A stretch of 64,000 nucleotides of DNA from an uncultured Oscillospiraceae bacterium (GCA_964386575.1 CAYLSA010000002.1:22209-86208), one strand, 5' to 3'; counted from the stretch's first letter, positions 16,709 through 25,961 are shown. Notes: a model not told the origin generated them from the sequence alone. Numbers and translations: made by a program.

Positions 16709-16759
16709 GCAGCGTACCATCCCCTATTTTAATAATGTATGGTAAAGCAGGAGGACAGC

Positions 16760-18118
16760 ATGGAGATCATCATTGTCGGCGCGGGAAAGGTGGGCTACGC
16801 GGTGGCGCAGCAGCTTTGCGCCGAGGGCCACAGCATCACCGTGGTCGATCGACTGCCGGAGCGCATCGAGCTTATCACCGGCACGCTGGATGCCAGCGCC
16901 ATCTGCGACGAGGCCGGCATCGACAGTTTGCGTCTCGCGGGCGCGGCCGGCGCCGATCTGCTCATCGCCGTGACCGATTCCGACGAGGCCAACATCCTCT
17001 GCTGCATGACGGCGCGCAAGCTCGGCGTGAAGCAGGCGGCGGCCCGGGTGCGCCGGCCGGAGCGGGCGCGCGAGGTGTATTTGCTGCGGCAGGAGCTGGG
17101 GCTGATGACGGTCATCAATCCCGATCAGGCGGCGGCGCGGGAGATCTCGCGCGTGCTGCGCTTCCCTTCGGCCTCCACGGTGGAGCCGTTTGCCCGCGGG
17201 CAGGCGGAGCTGGTGGAGTTCACGCTGTCGGAGAAAAATCCCCTGTGTCATATGGCGCTGCGCGATTTCCACAGCACCTATGGCCGCGGCATATTGATCT
17301 GCGGTGTGCGCCGCGGTGCGGAGGTTTGCATCCCCGGCGGCGATTTCGTTTTGCAGGCCGGTGACATCGTGAGCGTGGTGGGCGCGCCGAAGGAGATCCA
17401 TGGCTTTTTCCGCGCCATGGCGATCTTCAAGGGCCGCGTGCGCCGCGTGATGATCCTTGGCGCGAGCCACATCGGCCGGTATCTTGCCGGACAGCTTCTG
17501 GACATGGGCATCCATGTGAAGATCATCGAAAAGGACGCCGATAAGTGCGAGCTGTGCCTTGATGAGCTGCCCAAGGCGGACATCAGCTGCGCCGATGGGG
17601 CCAAGCCCGATGTGCTGCATGAGGAAGGTCTCGGCGAGGCGGACGCCTTCGTGGCGCTCACGGGCTCGGACGAGACGAATCTCATCATGGCCGCGTGGGC
17701 GAAAAGTCAGGGCGTGGAAAAGGTCGTTTGCAAGGTGAACGAGGCGTATTTCCTGCCGCTCGCGTCGTCGTTTGGGCTCGATGAGCCGGTGCGGCCGAGC
17801 AGCATCGCCGCGCAGCAGCTCGTGGCCAGCGTGCGGGGGCTTGAAAACTCCGCGGATGAAAGCGCGCTGGAGAGTTTGCGCCGCATTGTGGACGGAAAGC
17901 TCGAGGCGCTGGAATTTCAGGCGCGCGAGGGCTCGCCGTGCGTGGGCGTGAGCCTTCAAAAGCTGCCCATCCGCAGCGGCGTTCTGGTGGCGGCCATCAT
18001 TCGTACGGGGCACTGCTTCATCCCCGGCGGCGGCGACTGCATCGAGGCCGGTGACCGCGTGATCGCTGTGTCCGGGCACAGGGGCATCCGTGCGCTCGAG
18101 GATATTTTAGAGGGGTAA
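16760..18118 (+). CDS. trkA: Trk potassium uptake system, NAD-binding subunit TrkA
   Basis: Two RCK/KTN units (IIIVGAGKVG; VMILGASHIGRYLA). ATG at 16760 has an AGGAGG RBS. Confidence 0.85.
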   Translation: MEIIIVGAGKVGYAVAQQLCAEGHSITVVDRLPERIELITGTLDASAICDEAGIDSLRLAGAAGADLLIAVTDSDEANILCCMTARKLGVKQAAARVRRPERAREVYLLRQELGLMTVINPDQAAAREISRVLRFPSASTVEPFARGQAELVEFTLSEKNPLCHMALRDFHSTYGRGILICGVRRGAEVCIPGGDFVLQAGDIVSVVGAPKEIHGFFRAMAIFKGRVRRVMILGASHIGRYLAGQLLDMGIHVKIIEKDADKCELCLDELPKADISCADGAKPDVLHEEGLGEADAFVALTGSDETNLIMAAWAKSQGVEKVVCKVNEAYFLPLASSFGLDEPVRPSSIAAQQLVASVRGLENSADESALESLRRIVDGKLEALEFQAREGSPCVGVSLQKLPIRSGVLVAAIIRTGHCFIPGGGDCIEAGDRVIAVSGHRGIRALEDILEG

Positions 18119-18124
18119 CGGGCT

Positions 18125-19579
18125 TTGAATTACCGCTTTGTTGGACGAATTTTGGGCCAGATCCTGCTGATCGAGGCGGCACTGCTTCTGCTGCCGCTTC
18201 TGGCGGCGGCCCTCAGCGGCGAAAATATTCTGCCGTTTCTATACACGGCGCTTTTGGCGGCGGCGCTCGGCGGCGGGCTGATGCTGGTGAAAACGCGCGA
18301 GAACGATTATTACGCGCGCGAGGGCTTTGTGTCCGTGGCGCTGAGCTGGATCGTGATAAGCCTTGTGGGCGCGCTGCCGTTCGTGCTGTCGGGCGACATT
18401 CCGAACTATGTGGATGCACTGTTTGAGATCATTTCCGGCTTTACCACCTGCGGGGCTTCCGTGGTGGCGGAGGTGGAGGGGCTCAGTCGGGGCGTTTTGT
18501 TCTGGCGCAGCTTTTCCCACTGGATCGGCGGCATGGGCGTTCTGGTGTTCATGCTGGCCGTGATGCCCATGAGCGAGGAGCGCAGTATGCACATCGCGCG
18601 CGCGGAGATGCCGGGCCCCGTCAAGGGAAAGCTCGTGCCGCGTATGCGCCGCACGGCGCGTATCCTTTATATCATCTACATCGTGCTCACGGCGGTGCAG
18701 ACCGTGCTGCTGATGGCGGGCGGGATGAGCTTTTTCGACGCGCTGCTGCATTCGTTCGCCACGGCGGGCACCGGCGGCTTCGGTATTCACAGCGCCTCCG
18801 TCGGCTGGTATGACAGCGCGTATATCGACATCGTCATCACGGTTTTTATGCTGCTGTTCGGCATAAATTTCAATCTGTTTTATCTCATTCTGCTCGGAAG
18901 CGCGGTGCGCGCGCTGAAAAACGAGGAGCTTTTGGTCTATCTGGGCCTCGTCTTGTTCGCGGGTTTGACCATCGCGGCGAACATCGCCCCGCTTTACGGC
19001 GGTTTTTTCCCGGCGCTGCGGTATTCGTTTTTCCAAACGGCGTCCATTGTTTCCACCACGGGCTATGCCACGGCGGATTTTAATCTCTGGCCGTCGTATT
19101 CCAAGGCGGTTTTGATCCTGCTCACGATCACGGGTGCGTGCGCCGGATCCACGGCGGGCGGCATGAAGATCAGCCGCGTGGTGCTGCTCGTGAAATACGC
19201 CGTGTTCGTGGTGCAAAAGCAGTTGTCCCCCCACAGCGTCCGCCGCGTCACGCTTGACGGCGAGCGCATGGACGAGCCCACCCTGCGCGCCACCTGCGGG
19301 TATCTGGCGCTGTATTGCATCACGGTGGTGCTGGCGTTTTTGCTTTTGAGTTTGCAGGGCGTGGACATGGAAACGACCTTCACGAGCGTGCTGACCTGCG
19401 TTTCGAATGTGGGGCCGGGGCTTGGCCTTGTCGGGCCGAGCGGGAATTTCGGTTTTTGGAACGCCGGAAGCAAGCTGGTTTTGTCGGCCTGTATGCTGCT
19501 GGGACGGCTTGAGTTTTTCCCGGTTTTGATGCTTTTTGCCCCCGGTGTTTGGACGGGACGGCGCGATGCGCGCTTTTGA
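18125..19579 (+). CDS. trkH: Trk potassium uptake system, membrane subunit TrkH
   Basis: 484 aa, polytopic. Selectivity-filter-like repeats (TTCGAS, TAGTGGFG, STTGYAT, SNVGPGLG). TTG start 6 nt after trkA. Confidence 0.85.
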   Translation: MNYRFVGRILGQILLIEAALLLLPLLAAALSGENILPFLYTALLAAALGGGLMLVKTRENDYYAREGFVSVALSWIVISLVGALPFVLSGDIPNYVDALFEIISGFTTCGASVVAEVEGLSRGVLFWRSFSHWIGGMGVLVFMLAVMPMSEERSMHIARAEMPGPVKGKLVPRMRRTARILYIIYIVLTAVQTVLLMAGGMSFFDALLHSFATAGTGGFGIHSASVGWYDSAYIDIVITVFMLLFGINFNLFYLILLGSAVRALKNEELLVYLGLVLFAGLTIAANIAPLYGGFFPALRYSFFQTASIVSTTGYATADFNLWPSYSKAVLILLTITGACAGSTAGGMKISRVVLLVKYAVFVVQKQLSPHSVRRVTLDGERMDEPTLRATCGYLALYCITVVLAFLLLSLQGVDMETTFTSVLTCVSNVGPGLGLVGPSGNFGFWNAGSKLVLSACMLLGRLEFFPVLMLFAPGVWTGRRDARF

Positions 19580-19606
19580 GACATAGAAAGGACAGAAATT
19601 TTACCT

Positions 19607-20884
19607 ATGACGATCGCACTTATTATTTTTGTTTTGATGTATGTGGGCATGCTGGCGTTTCCCAAAGGCCGCGTGGCCTTCGCTGTGGGCGGCGCGGTTT
19701 GTATGCTGGTGTTCGGCGTTTTGCCGCTGGGCGCGGTGGTGGGAGCCATCAACTGGAACGTGATCCTGATGATCGCGGGCACGATGGGGCTGGTGAGCCT
19801 GTTCATCGAAACCGGTATGCCGGCGCGGCTGGCCGATCTGATGCTGAAAAAGGCGCCGAACGCCTGCTGGGCCATCGTGCTGCTGGCACTGTTTGCGGGC
19901 ATCGTGAGCGCGTTTGTGGATAATGTGGCCACGGTGCTCATGGTCGCGCCGGTGGGCCTTGCCATCAGCCGCAAGCTCGATGTGAACCCCGTGCCGGTCA
20001 TCGTGGCCATCGCGGTCTCGTCCAACTTGCAGGGCGCGGCCACGCTCGTCGGCGACACGACCAGCATCCTGCTCGGCGGCTATGCGGGCATGAGCTTTGT
20101 GGATTTCATCTTCTGGCAGGGCAAATTCTCGATCTTTTGGGCCGTGGAACTCGGCGCGGCGGGAACGGCGTTTATTCTCTATTTCCTGTTCCGCAAGGAG
20201 AAAGCGCCCGTCCTGTCCGAGCGCATGACCGAGGTGGACGATTACGTTCCCGGCTATTTGATGATCGCCGTGGTGGCGCTTTTGATCGCGGCGTCGTTTA
20301 TCACGATCGGCGTGCCGGTGCTGGAGGAGCTGAAAAACGGTTTGATCTGCATGGCGGTGTGTTTGTTTGCGCTGGTGCGCGCGTGCATCCGCCGCCGCGG
20401 CTTTGCGCCGCTGAAGCTGGTGGCCTCGGAGATGGATTACGCCACGCTCGGGATGCTTGCGGGTCTGTTCGTGGTCATCGCGGCCATCGAAAACGCCGGC
20501 ATCATCGACGCTGTGGCGGATTTCTTCGCCCATGTGGGCGGCGGCAGCATCTTTGGTCTTTACACGCTGATCGTGTTTGCCTCGGTGGTGCTGTCGGCCT
20601 TCATCGACAACATCCCCTACGTCGCGGCCATGCTGCCGGTGGTGCAGGGCATCGCACTGCGGCTGGGAGTGGACCCCGTGGTTTTGTATTTCGGCTTGCT
20701 CACGGGCGCCACGCTCGGCGGCAATCTCACGCCCTTCGGCGCCTCGGCCAACGTGGCCGGTATCGGCATTTTGCGCAAGGAGGGCTACGAGGTGAAAAAT
20801 CGCGACTTCTTCCGCATCGGCGTGCCGTTCACGCTCACGGCGGTTTTGATCGGCTATCTGTTCATCTGGTTCGTTTGGGGCTGA
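19607..20884 (+). CDS. ArsB/NhaD-superfamily (CitMHS-like) anion permease
   Basis: 425 aa, about 10-12 TM. Repeated FxDNxxxxxxxxP motifs (SAFVDNVATVLMVAP; SAFIDNIPYVAAMLP). Confidence 0.6.
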   Translation: MTIALIIFVLMYVGMLAFPKGRVAFAVGGAVCMLVFGVLPLGAVVGAINWNVILMIAGTMGLVSLFIETGMPARLADLMLKKAPNACWAIVLLALFAGIVSAFVDNVATVLMVAPVGLAISRKLDVNPVPVIVAIAVSSNLQGAATLVGDTTSILLGGYAGMSFVDFIFWQGKFSIFWAVELGAAGTAFILYFLFRKEKAPVLSERMTEVDDYVPGYLMIAVVALLIAASFITIGVPVLEELKNGLICMAVCLFALVRACIRRRGFAPLKLVASEMDYATLGMLAGLFVVIAAIENAGIIDAVADFFAHVGGGSIFGLYTLIVFASVVLSAFIDNIPYVAAMLPVVQGIALRLGVDPVVLYFGLLTGATLGGNLTPFGASANVAGIGILRKEGYEVKNRDFFRIGVPFTLTAVLIGYLFIWFVWG

Positions 20885-20890
20885 GGGGCC

Positions 20891-20928
20891 AAAAAGAAGC
20901 GGAGCTTCCCGAGGGAAGCTCCGTTTTT
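20891..20928. terminator. bidirectional terminator between the permease and the LysR gene
   Basis: CGGAGCTTCC-CGAG-GGAAGCTCCG flanked by AAAAAG and TTTTT. Confidence 0.75.
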
Positions 20929-20932
20929 GCGT

Positions 20933-21862
20933 TCATCGCGGCGGCAGGTTTTTCTCAAAATCCGCGGCGAGGCGGCGTTCGTTTTCAAAAAAGCCCGACA
21001 CCATGGCGTAAAATTGCAGCGAGGCGGCGCTGAGCAACTTGCCCGCCGGACGCACCATGCCGATGCACGCCTCCGGCAGGGTCTCGCGCACGCGAAGATA
21101 TGTAAGCGGCAGATCGGGGTCGCTTTTGAGCAGCTTCAGATAATGCGACACCGGCGTGATGCTCAGGGCGCCGCCGGAAACGATCATGCTCTGTTCCACG
21201 CGGCCGTCATCGCACTCGAAGATAAGCTGCGGGCGGAAGCGCCCCGTGCGCTCAAGGCCGCCAAACAAAGTGCGGTCGTCGCGCGCCAGATTGCACACGA
21301 AGCGCTGCCCGTCCAGCTCCCGCAGCGAAACAAGGCCGCGTCCGGCCAGCGGGTGGTCGCGCCCGAGCGTGACGATGCGCTCGCAGGAATCAAGGCGGAT
21401 GTATTCAAGATTCGCCTGCTCCACGGTGCCGAAGCAAAAGCCCAGATCGGCCTCGCCCGCCAAAACACAGGCGGCGATCTCGTCGTTGCGGCGGCTGAGT
21501 TCCCGCAGCGACAGGGCGGGATGGTCCGACAGGAAATCCGCCAGAAGGCTCGCCATCAGGTCCACGATGCTGCTCGCCACGCGCACCTGCTCGTTGTATG
21601 CCTGCTCAAAGCGGCGCGTTTCGGCGATGCCCTCGTCCAGCCGGTCGAGCACACTGTCCGCGCAGGACAGGAAGATGCGCCCCGTGGGCGTGAGCTTTAT
21701 CTTGCCGCGCTTGCGCTCAAACAGCGCCACGCCGAGCTCCTGCTCCAGCCGCGTGATCGAAACGGACAGATTCGGTTGGGCCACGTATAAAAGCTCCGCC
21801 GCGCGGGAGATGTTCTCCGTTCGCGCGATGGTGCGGAAGTATTGAAGCTGCTGAAGATCCAT
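20933..21862 (-). CDS. LysR family transcriptional regulator
   Basis: N-terminal HTH: MDLQQLQYFRTIARTENISRAAELLYVAQPNLSVSITRLEQELGVALFER. Confidence 0.85.
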   Translation of the reverse strand: MDLQQLQYFRTIARTENISRAAELLYVAQPNLSVSITRLEQELGVALFERKRGKIKLTPTGRIFLSCADSVLDRLDEGIAETRRFEQAYNEQVRVASSIVDLMASLLADFLSDHPALSLRELSRRNDEIAACVLAGEADLGFCFGTVEQANLEYIRLDSCERIVTLGRDHPLAGRGLVSLRELDGQRFVCNLARDDRTLFGGLERTGRFRPQLIFECDDGRVEQSMIVSGGALSITPVSHYLKLLKSDPDLPLTYLRVRETLPEACIGMVRPAGKLLSAASLQFYAMVSGFFENERRLAADFEKNLPPR

Positions 21863-21878
21863 CGTTTCGCCTTTCGTT

Positions 21879-23630
21879 TCAGGGGTCTATGTTGAATGCG
21901 TCGCGGCAGGCATCGTAGCGCGCCCAGTCGCCGCCGCCGTTCCATGTCATATAGCCGCCGGTCAGTCCCGCATCGAACAGACCGCGGATCTGCGCGCCCA
22001 CGTTTTCGCTGTAGTAGCGGTTGTAGGGCGGTTTGATGGCATCGTAGCACTGGATCCATGTGCGCACGCGCGCGGGCGTGGGACACTCCGTTTGGCGCTC
22101 CACCGCGCCGGCGGCAAAGTATTGATAGATCAGCTCATACGGATGCTCCCACGGGTTCCAGTCGCCGATGGGGCCGTAGTGGTCGGGGTAGGGCATCGCG
22201 CTGATCACGTCCACCACGTTGGAGATGGCGGGCCAGTATTGCCCGTACTGGGCCACATAGGCGTTGGCCGTTTCGCCGAACACATCCGCCGACAGCCATA
22301 CACCGGCCTCGTGCAGATTGTCCGCCGCGTACATCAAAAAGCGCTGGATGGCCTGGGCCTTGGACTCGGAGAAGTGATTTTTGAAGTCCACCGCCGTGGA
22401 GTTTGCGGATTCCGAAATGCCGGAGGGGCAGCGGATATAGTCAAACTGGATCTCGTCAAAGCCGAACCACTCCACGGCCTCGAGCGCCGTGGCCAGCTTG
22501 TACTGCCACGCCTCGCGCGAAAAGGGCGAGAGGAAATAGGAACTGTCCGCCTGCTTGGGCGAGCCGTCGGGATTCGTGATGCCCCAGGCGATGTTGTCAT
22601 CGTAGCAGCGGGGGTCGTTGAAGCAGGTGATGCGGCCGATGACGTAATAGCCCGCCGCCTTGAGCGCGGCGATGGTCTCGGCATAGGTCTCGCGCGCGTT
22701 GCGCGCGGCGTTGTAGGAGGAGGGCGAGAACTGCGCCATCACGTCCGATGGATAGGCCACGGCGCTGCCGTCGATGATGTCCACGCAAAAGGCGTTGATG
22801 CCGCTGTTTGCGGCGGCGTCCAGATAGTTCTGATAGCCCTCGATGCATTCCGGGTCGCTGGGGATATAGAGCGTTTTGCAGGTTTCGGGCATGGCGGTGT
22901 TCGCCGTGAAATCCTTTTCGCGCGCGCGGTAATCCAGCGCGCCGGGGTCGCCGCCGCCGTAGGGGTCGCCGCGATCGGCGTGCAGCGCTTGCAAAGCCTC
23001 GTCCGCCACAGCGGTCGCCTCGGCTTCGTCCTTCGTCACATACTCCGCGCGGATGTAGCCCTCCGCGCCGGCCTCATCCGCCACATGATACATCCGCACC
23101 CGCCCGTCCTCGCGGATGGTGTCGCAGCCGAGCACGGTCAGCGCCGCGCCTTTTTCGGCCAGACGGGAGGTATCCAGCTCGATGCCGTCCGGGGAGAGAT
23201 AGTAGCTTGTGGTCGTGTGAACATACACCATCGGCTCGCGCACGCAGGCTTCATGCGTTTTGGCGATGGCATCGGCGGCAAGATAGCCCTCTGTGCCGTC
23301 CGCAAGGCGGATGTGTTCATACAAAACCGGCACGCCGTGGCCATTTATCTCGCCGCCCTGCTCGATCTCAAGCGCCGTGCCGCGTGCCACGGTCGTAAAC
23401 GGCTCAAAATTTTCGTCGAGCAGCTCAAGCGCCGTGCCGTCGGAGGCGGCGAAGCCGGACAGCCACACGGGCGGTTCGGGTGTGGGTTCCGGTGTGGCGG
23501 TGGGTTCGGGCGTGGGCGTTATGGCGGCGGCCTCGTCCAACTCGCGCAGGGCGCCGAAATTTATATATAGCAGAAGCGCCGCGCACACGCACAACAGCGC
23601 GAGCAGCGCGATTTTCAAAGCCTTGGCCAT
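21879..23630 (-). CDS. membrane-anchored putative glycoside hydrolase (DUF4015-like TIM barrel)
   Basis: N-terminal TM anchor and a TPEPT linker. GFDEIQFDYIRCP and GYYVIGRITCFND blocks are typical of the DUF4015 family. Lies 16 nt upstream of the LysR gene. Confidence 0.65.
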   Translation of the reverse strand: MAKALKIALLALLCVCAALLLYINFGALRELDEAAAITPTPEPTATPEPTPEPPVWLSGFAASDGTALELLDENFEPFTTVARGTALEIEQGGEINGHGVPVLYEHIRLADGTEGYLAADAIAKTHEACVREPMVYVHTTTSYYLSPDGIELDTSRLAEKGAALTVLGCDTIREDGRVRMYHVADEAGAEGYIRAEYVTKDEAEATAVADEALQALHADRGDPYGGGDPGALDYRAREKDFTANTAMPETCKTLYIPSDPECIEGYQNYLDAAANSGINAFCVDIIDGSAVAYPSDVMAQFSPSSYNAARNARETYAETIAALKAAGYYVIGRITCFNDPRCYDDNIAWGITNPDGSPKQADSSYFLSPFSREAWQYKLATALEAVEWFGFDEIQFDYIRCPSGISESANSTAVDFKNHFSESKAQAIQRFLMYAADNLHEAGVWLSADVFGETANAYVAQYGQYWPAISNVVDVISAMPYPDHYGPIGDWNPWEHPYELIYQYFAAGAVERQTECPTPARVRTWIQCYDAIKPPYNRYYSENVGAQIRGLFDAGLTGGYMTWNGGGDWARYDACRDAFNIDP

Positions 23631-23782
23631 GGATCTGCCTCCCCGGTGGGTTTTCTTATATTATAGGCGCTGCGGCGCAATTTGTAAAACAAAAGCGAAA
23701 AAGGGCGGCTCGGATTGTCTTTTCCGCGCCGATGTGGTACAATCGCAGACAATGGTAAAATGCAGCGCAAGGGGGAGATACG

Positions 23783-24964
23783 ATGGATAAAGTTTTTGAT
23801 CTCATCGCCAGGGAGCAGAGGCGGCAGGACGACAATGTCGAGCTGATCGCCAGCGAAAATTTTGTGAGCGAGCGGGTGCTGCGAGCCGTGGGCTCGTGCC
23901 TTACCAATAAATACGCCGAGGGCTACCCCACCGAGCGGGAAACGGGCAGCAAAGGCCGGTATTACGGCGGCTGCCGCTGGGTGGACGAGCTGGAGCAATA
24001 CTGCTGCGACAAGTGGCGCGAGGCGTTCGGAACGGATTATCATGTGAACGTGCAGCCGCACTGCGGCTCCAACGCCAATCTGGCCGCGTTCATGAGCGTG
24101 CTCAAGCCCGGCGATGCGATCTTGTCCATGTCGCTTTCAAACGGCGGCCATCTGACCCACGGTTCGCCCGTCAATTTCAGCGGCAAGCTCTTCCGCATCG
24201 TCAGCTACGATGTCACGAGCGAGGGCTTTATCGACTATGACGATCTGGCGCGCAAAGCGGAAAGCGAGCATCCCGCGCTCATTCTGGCGGGCGCTTCGGC
24301 CTACAGCCGCATCATCGATTTTGAGCGCATCGCCGCCATCGCGCGCGGCTGCGGCGCGTATTTCATGGTGGATATGGCGCACATCGCGGGACTCATCCTC
24401 GCGGGCGACCATCCCTCGCCGTTTGGGCTGGCCGATCTCATCACCACCACCACGCATAAGACCCTGCGCGGTCCGCGCGGCGGTATGATCTTCTGCAAAA
24501 AGGAGCTTGCGCGCAAGCTCGACAGCGCCGTTTTCCCCGGCACGCAGGGCGGCCCGCTCGAGCACGTGATCGCCGGCAAGGCGGTGGCGGCGGAGGAGGC
24601 CTGCACGCCGGAATACCGCGAATACATCCATCAGCTCGTGCGCAACTGCAAGGCCATGTGCGATGAGTTCATCCGCCTCGGCTATGACGTTGTGACCGGC
24701 GGCACGGACAATCATCTGTTCCTGCTTGATTTCTCCAAAACCCATCCGACGCTCACCGGCAAGGCCGTGCAGGATCGGCTGGAGGATTTCAACATCACGC
24801 TCAACAAAAACACCGTGCCCAACGAAACGCGCTCGCCTGCGGAGACCTCCGGCGTGCGCATCGGCACGGCGGCCATGACCACCAAGGGCTATAAGGAAGC
24901 CGATTTCATTGCCGTGGCCGATAAGATCGACGAGGTCATCCGCTCCATGACGGCGGAAAACTGA
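23783..24964 (+). CDS. glyA: serine hydroxymethyltransferase (divergent, short form)
   Basis: ELIASENF, NKYAEGYP, GGHLTHGS and the PLP-lysine motif TTTHKTLRGPRGG. Confidence 0.85.
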   Translation: MDKVFDLIAREQRRQDDNVELIASENFVSERVLRAVGSCLTNKYAEGYPTERETGSKGRYYGGCRWVDELEQYCCDKWREAFGTDYHVNVQPHCGSNANLAAFMSVLKPGDAILSMSLSNGGHLTHGSPVNFSGKLFRIVSYDVTSEGFIDYDDLARKAESEHPALILAGASAYSRIIDFERIAAIARGCGAYFMVDMAHIAGLILAGDHPSPFGLADLITTTTHKTLRGPRGGMIFCKKELARKLDSAVFPGTQGGPLEHVIAGKAVAAEEACTPEYREYIHQLVRNCKAMCDEFIRLGYDVVTGGTDNHLFLLDFSKTHPTLTGKAVQDRLEDFNITLNKNTVPNETRSPAETSGVRIGTAAMTTKGYKEADFIAVADKIDEVIRSMTAEN

Positions 24965-24977
24965 ATCATACAACAAG

Positions 24978-25010
24978 GCCGTCGGACGCAATTGTCCGGC
25001 GGCTTTTGTG
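24978..25010 (+). terminator. terminator after glyA
   Basis: GCCGTCGGAC-GCAATT-GTCCGGCGGC followed by TTTTGTGTG. Confidence 0.6.
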
Positions 25011-25060
25011 TGCCGCGGCTTGACAGAAGCGCCGCCGCGGGGTATTATTGTTTGGCATAT

Positions 25061-25136
25061 CCGGGTGTTGCCCAGTTGGTAGGGCGCCAGCTTTGGGAGC
25101 TGGAGGCCGCGCGTTCGAGTCGCGCCACTCGGACCA
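25061..25136 (+). tRNA. tRNA-Pro (anticodon UGG), CCA encoded
   Basis: Hand-folded cloverleaf. Acceptor CCGGGTG/CACTCGG; D arm GCCC-AGTTGGTA-GGGC; anticodon arm CCAGC-TTTGGGA-GCTGG; T arm GCGCG-TTCGAGT-CGCGC; discriminator A plus CCA. Confidence 0.9.
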
Positions 25137-25140
25137 CGTC

Positions 25141-25464
25141 AGAAGAACGCGGTGGTGTGCAGAGGCTACGCCTCTCGCACAGGCCCGCGTTCTTCTTCCG
25201 TTCAAAACCACGACCACTTTGTTGGGTCGTGGTTTTGTTATAGGGCGGTGGTGTACTGGGGCTTTCATCGGACTCGAAACCAACGCAGTGTTTCGAGTCC
25301 GAAAAGCAGGCGCAGCGGAGCGATTCAGCTTTGGCGTTTACGCCGAAGCGGTTGAGCGCAGCTTGTGCCGACGCGGCCCGCGTTCGTCTTCCGTTCAAAA
25401 CAGCAACCACTTCGTTGGGTTGCTGTTTTGTTATAGGAGCGGTGGTGTGCAGAGGCTACGCCTC
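25141..25464. repeat. tract of repeated hairpin modules downstream of tRNA-Pro
   Basis: 26-nt perfect direct repeat GCGGTGGTGTGCAGAGGCTACGCCTC at 25149-25174 and 25439-25464. A 75/76-nt repeat at 25182-25256 and 25375-25450, each holding a 13-bp A-run/T-run hairpin with three compensatory base-pair changes. Confidence 0.85.
25269..25376 (+). repeat. structured intergenic element, copy 1
   Basis: 12-bp hairpin (25269-25301), then GGCGCAGCGGAGCG, then a 9-bp hairpin GCTTTGGCG-TTTA-CGCCGAAGC, then AGCTTGTGCCGACGCG. Matches the reverse complement of 28441-28566. Confidence 0.8.
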
Positions 25465-25468
25465 GTGT

Positions 25469-25496
25469 AAAAACACCCGCCCTTTGGTCGGGCGGG
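25469..25496 (-). terminator. rho-independent terminator after the PNPOx-family gene
   Basis: Minus strand: CCCGCCC-GACCAAA-GGGCGGG followed by TGTTTTT. Confidence 0.7.
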
Positions 25497-25503
25497 CGGG
25501 ATT

Positions 25504-25896
25504 TCAGAAGGTGTGAACTTCGGGGTCGGCGGTGAAGGAGCTGAAGGTGGCCACGGCGTTTTTCAGGTAAAGCACCTGCGTGTTGCCGTCGTTTTCATCG
25601 TACATGGCGCGCAGACTGGTGTAATCGTCCAGCATGGACTTGCGCGCTTCCACGCGGTCATCCTCCACCAGTTCGCCGGCCACGCGCAGCCACACGCCAT
25701 TTTTGAACGCGCAGATCTCGCATTTGGGGTTGGCGGCGAGCTGCTGGGACACGGGCTTTTTCTTGCCGGTTTGGATGTACAGCTTGCCCTCGAAGATGTG
25801 AGCCGTGCCGAACGGGCGCACGCGGGGCTGGTCGCCCTCCACGGTGGCGAGATAGTAGGTGCCGGCGGCCTTGAGAAATTCGCAGACTTTTTCCAT
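25504..25896 (-). CDS. pyridoxamine 5'-phosphate oxidase family (FMN-binding split barrel) protein
   Basis: 130 aa. YLATVEGDQPRVRPFG...GKLYIQTGKKKPVSQQLAANP pattern typical of small PNPOx-like proteins. Confidence 0.6.
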   Translation of the reverse strand: MEKVCEFLKAAGTYYLATVEGDQPRVRPFGTAHIFEGKLYIQTGKKKPVSQQLAANPKCEICAFKNGVWLRVAGELVEDDRVEARKSMLDDYTSLRAMYDENDGNTQVLYLKNAVATFSSFTADPEVHTF

Positions 25897-25961
25897 GAAA
25901 GGAACCTCCGTTGATTGGATTTAATTGCTTATAGAATACCGCGAAACCCCGCGTTTGTAAA

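Noticed and set aside
25149-25464. CRISPR-like array.
   Set aside because: Only two copies of the 26-mer and two of the 75-nt unit, with irregular spacing. No cas genes in the window.
25061-25500. Integrated-element scar or att-site duplication at tRNA-Pro.
   Set aside because: The repeats share only an 8-mer (CGCGTTCG) with the tRNA T-arm. There is no duplicated tRNA 3' end and no integrase, recombinase or phage gene in the vicinity.
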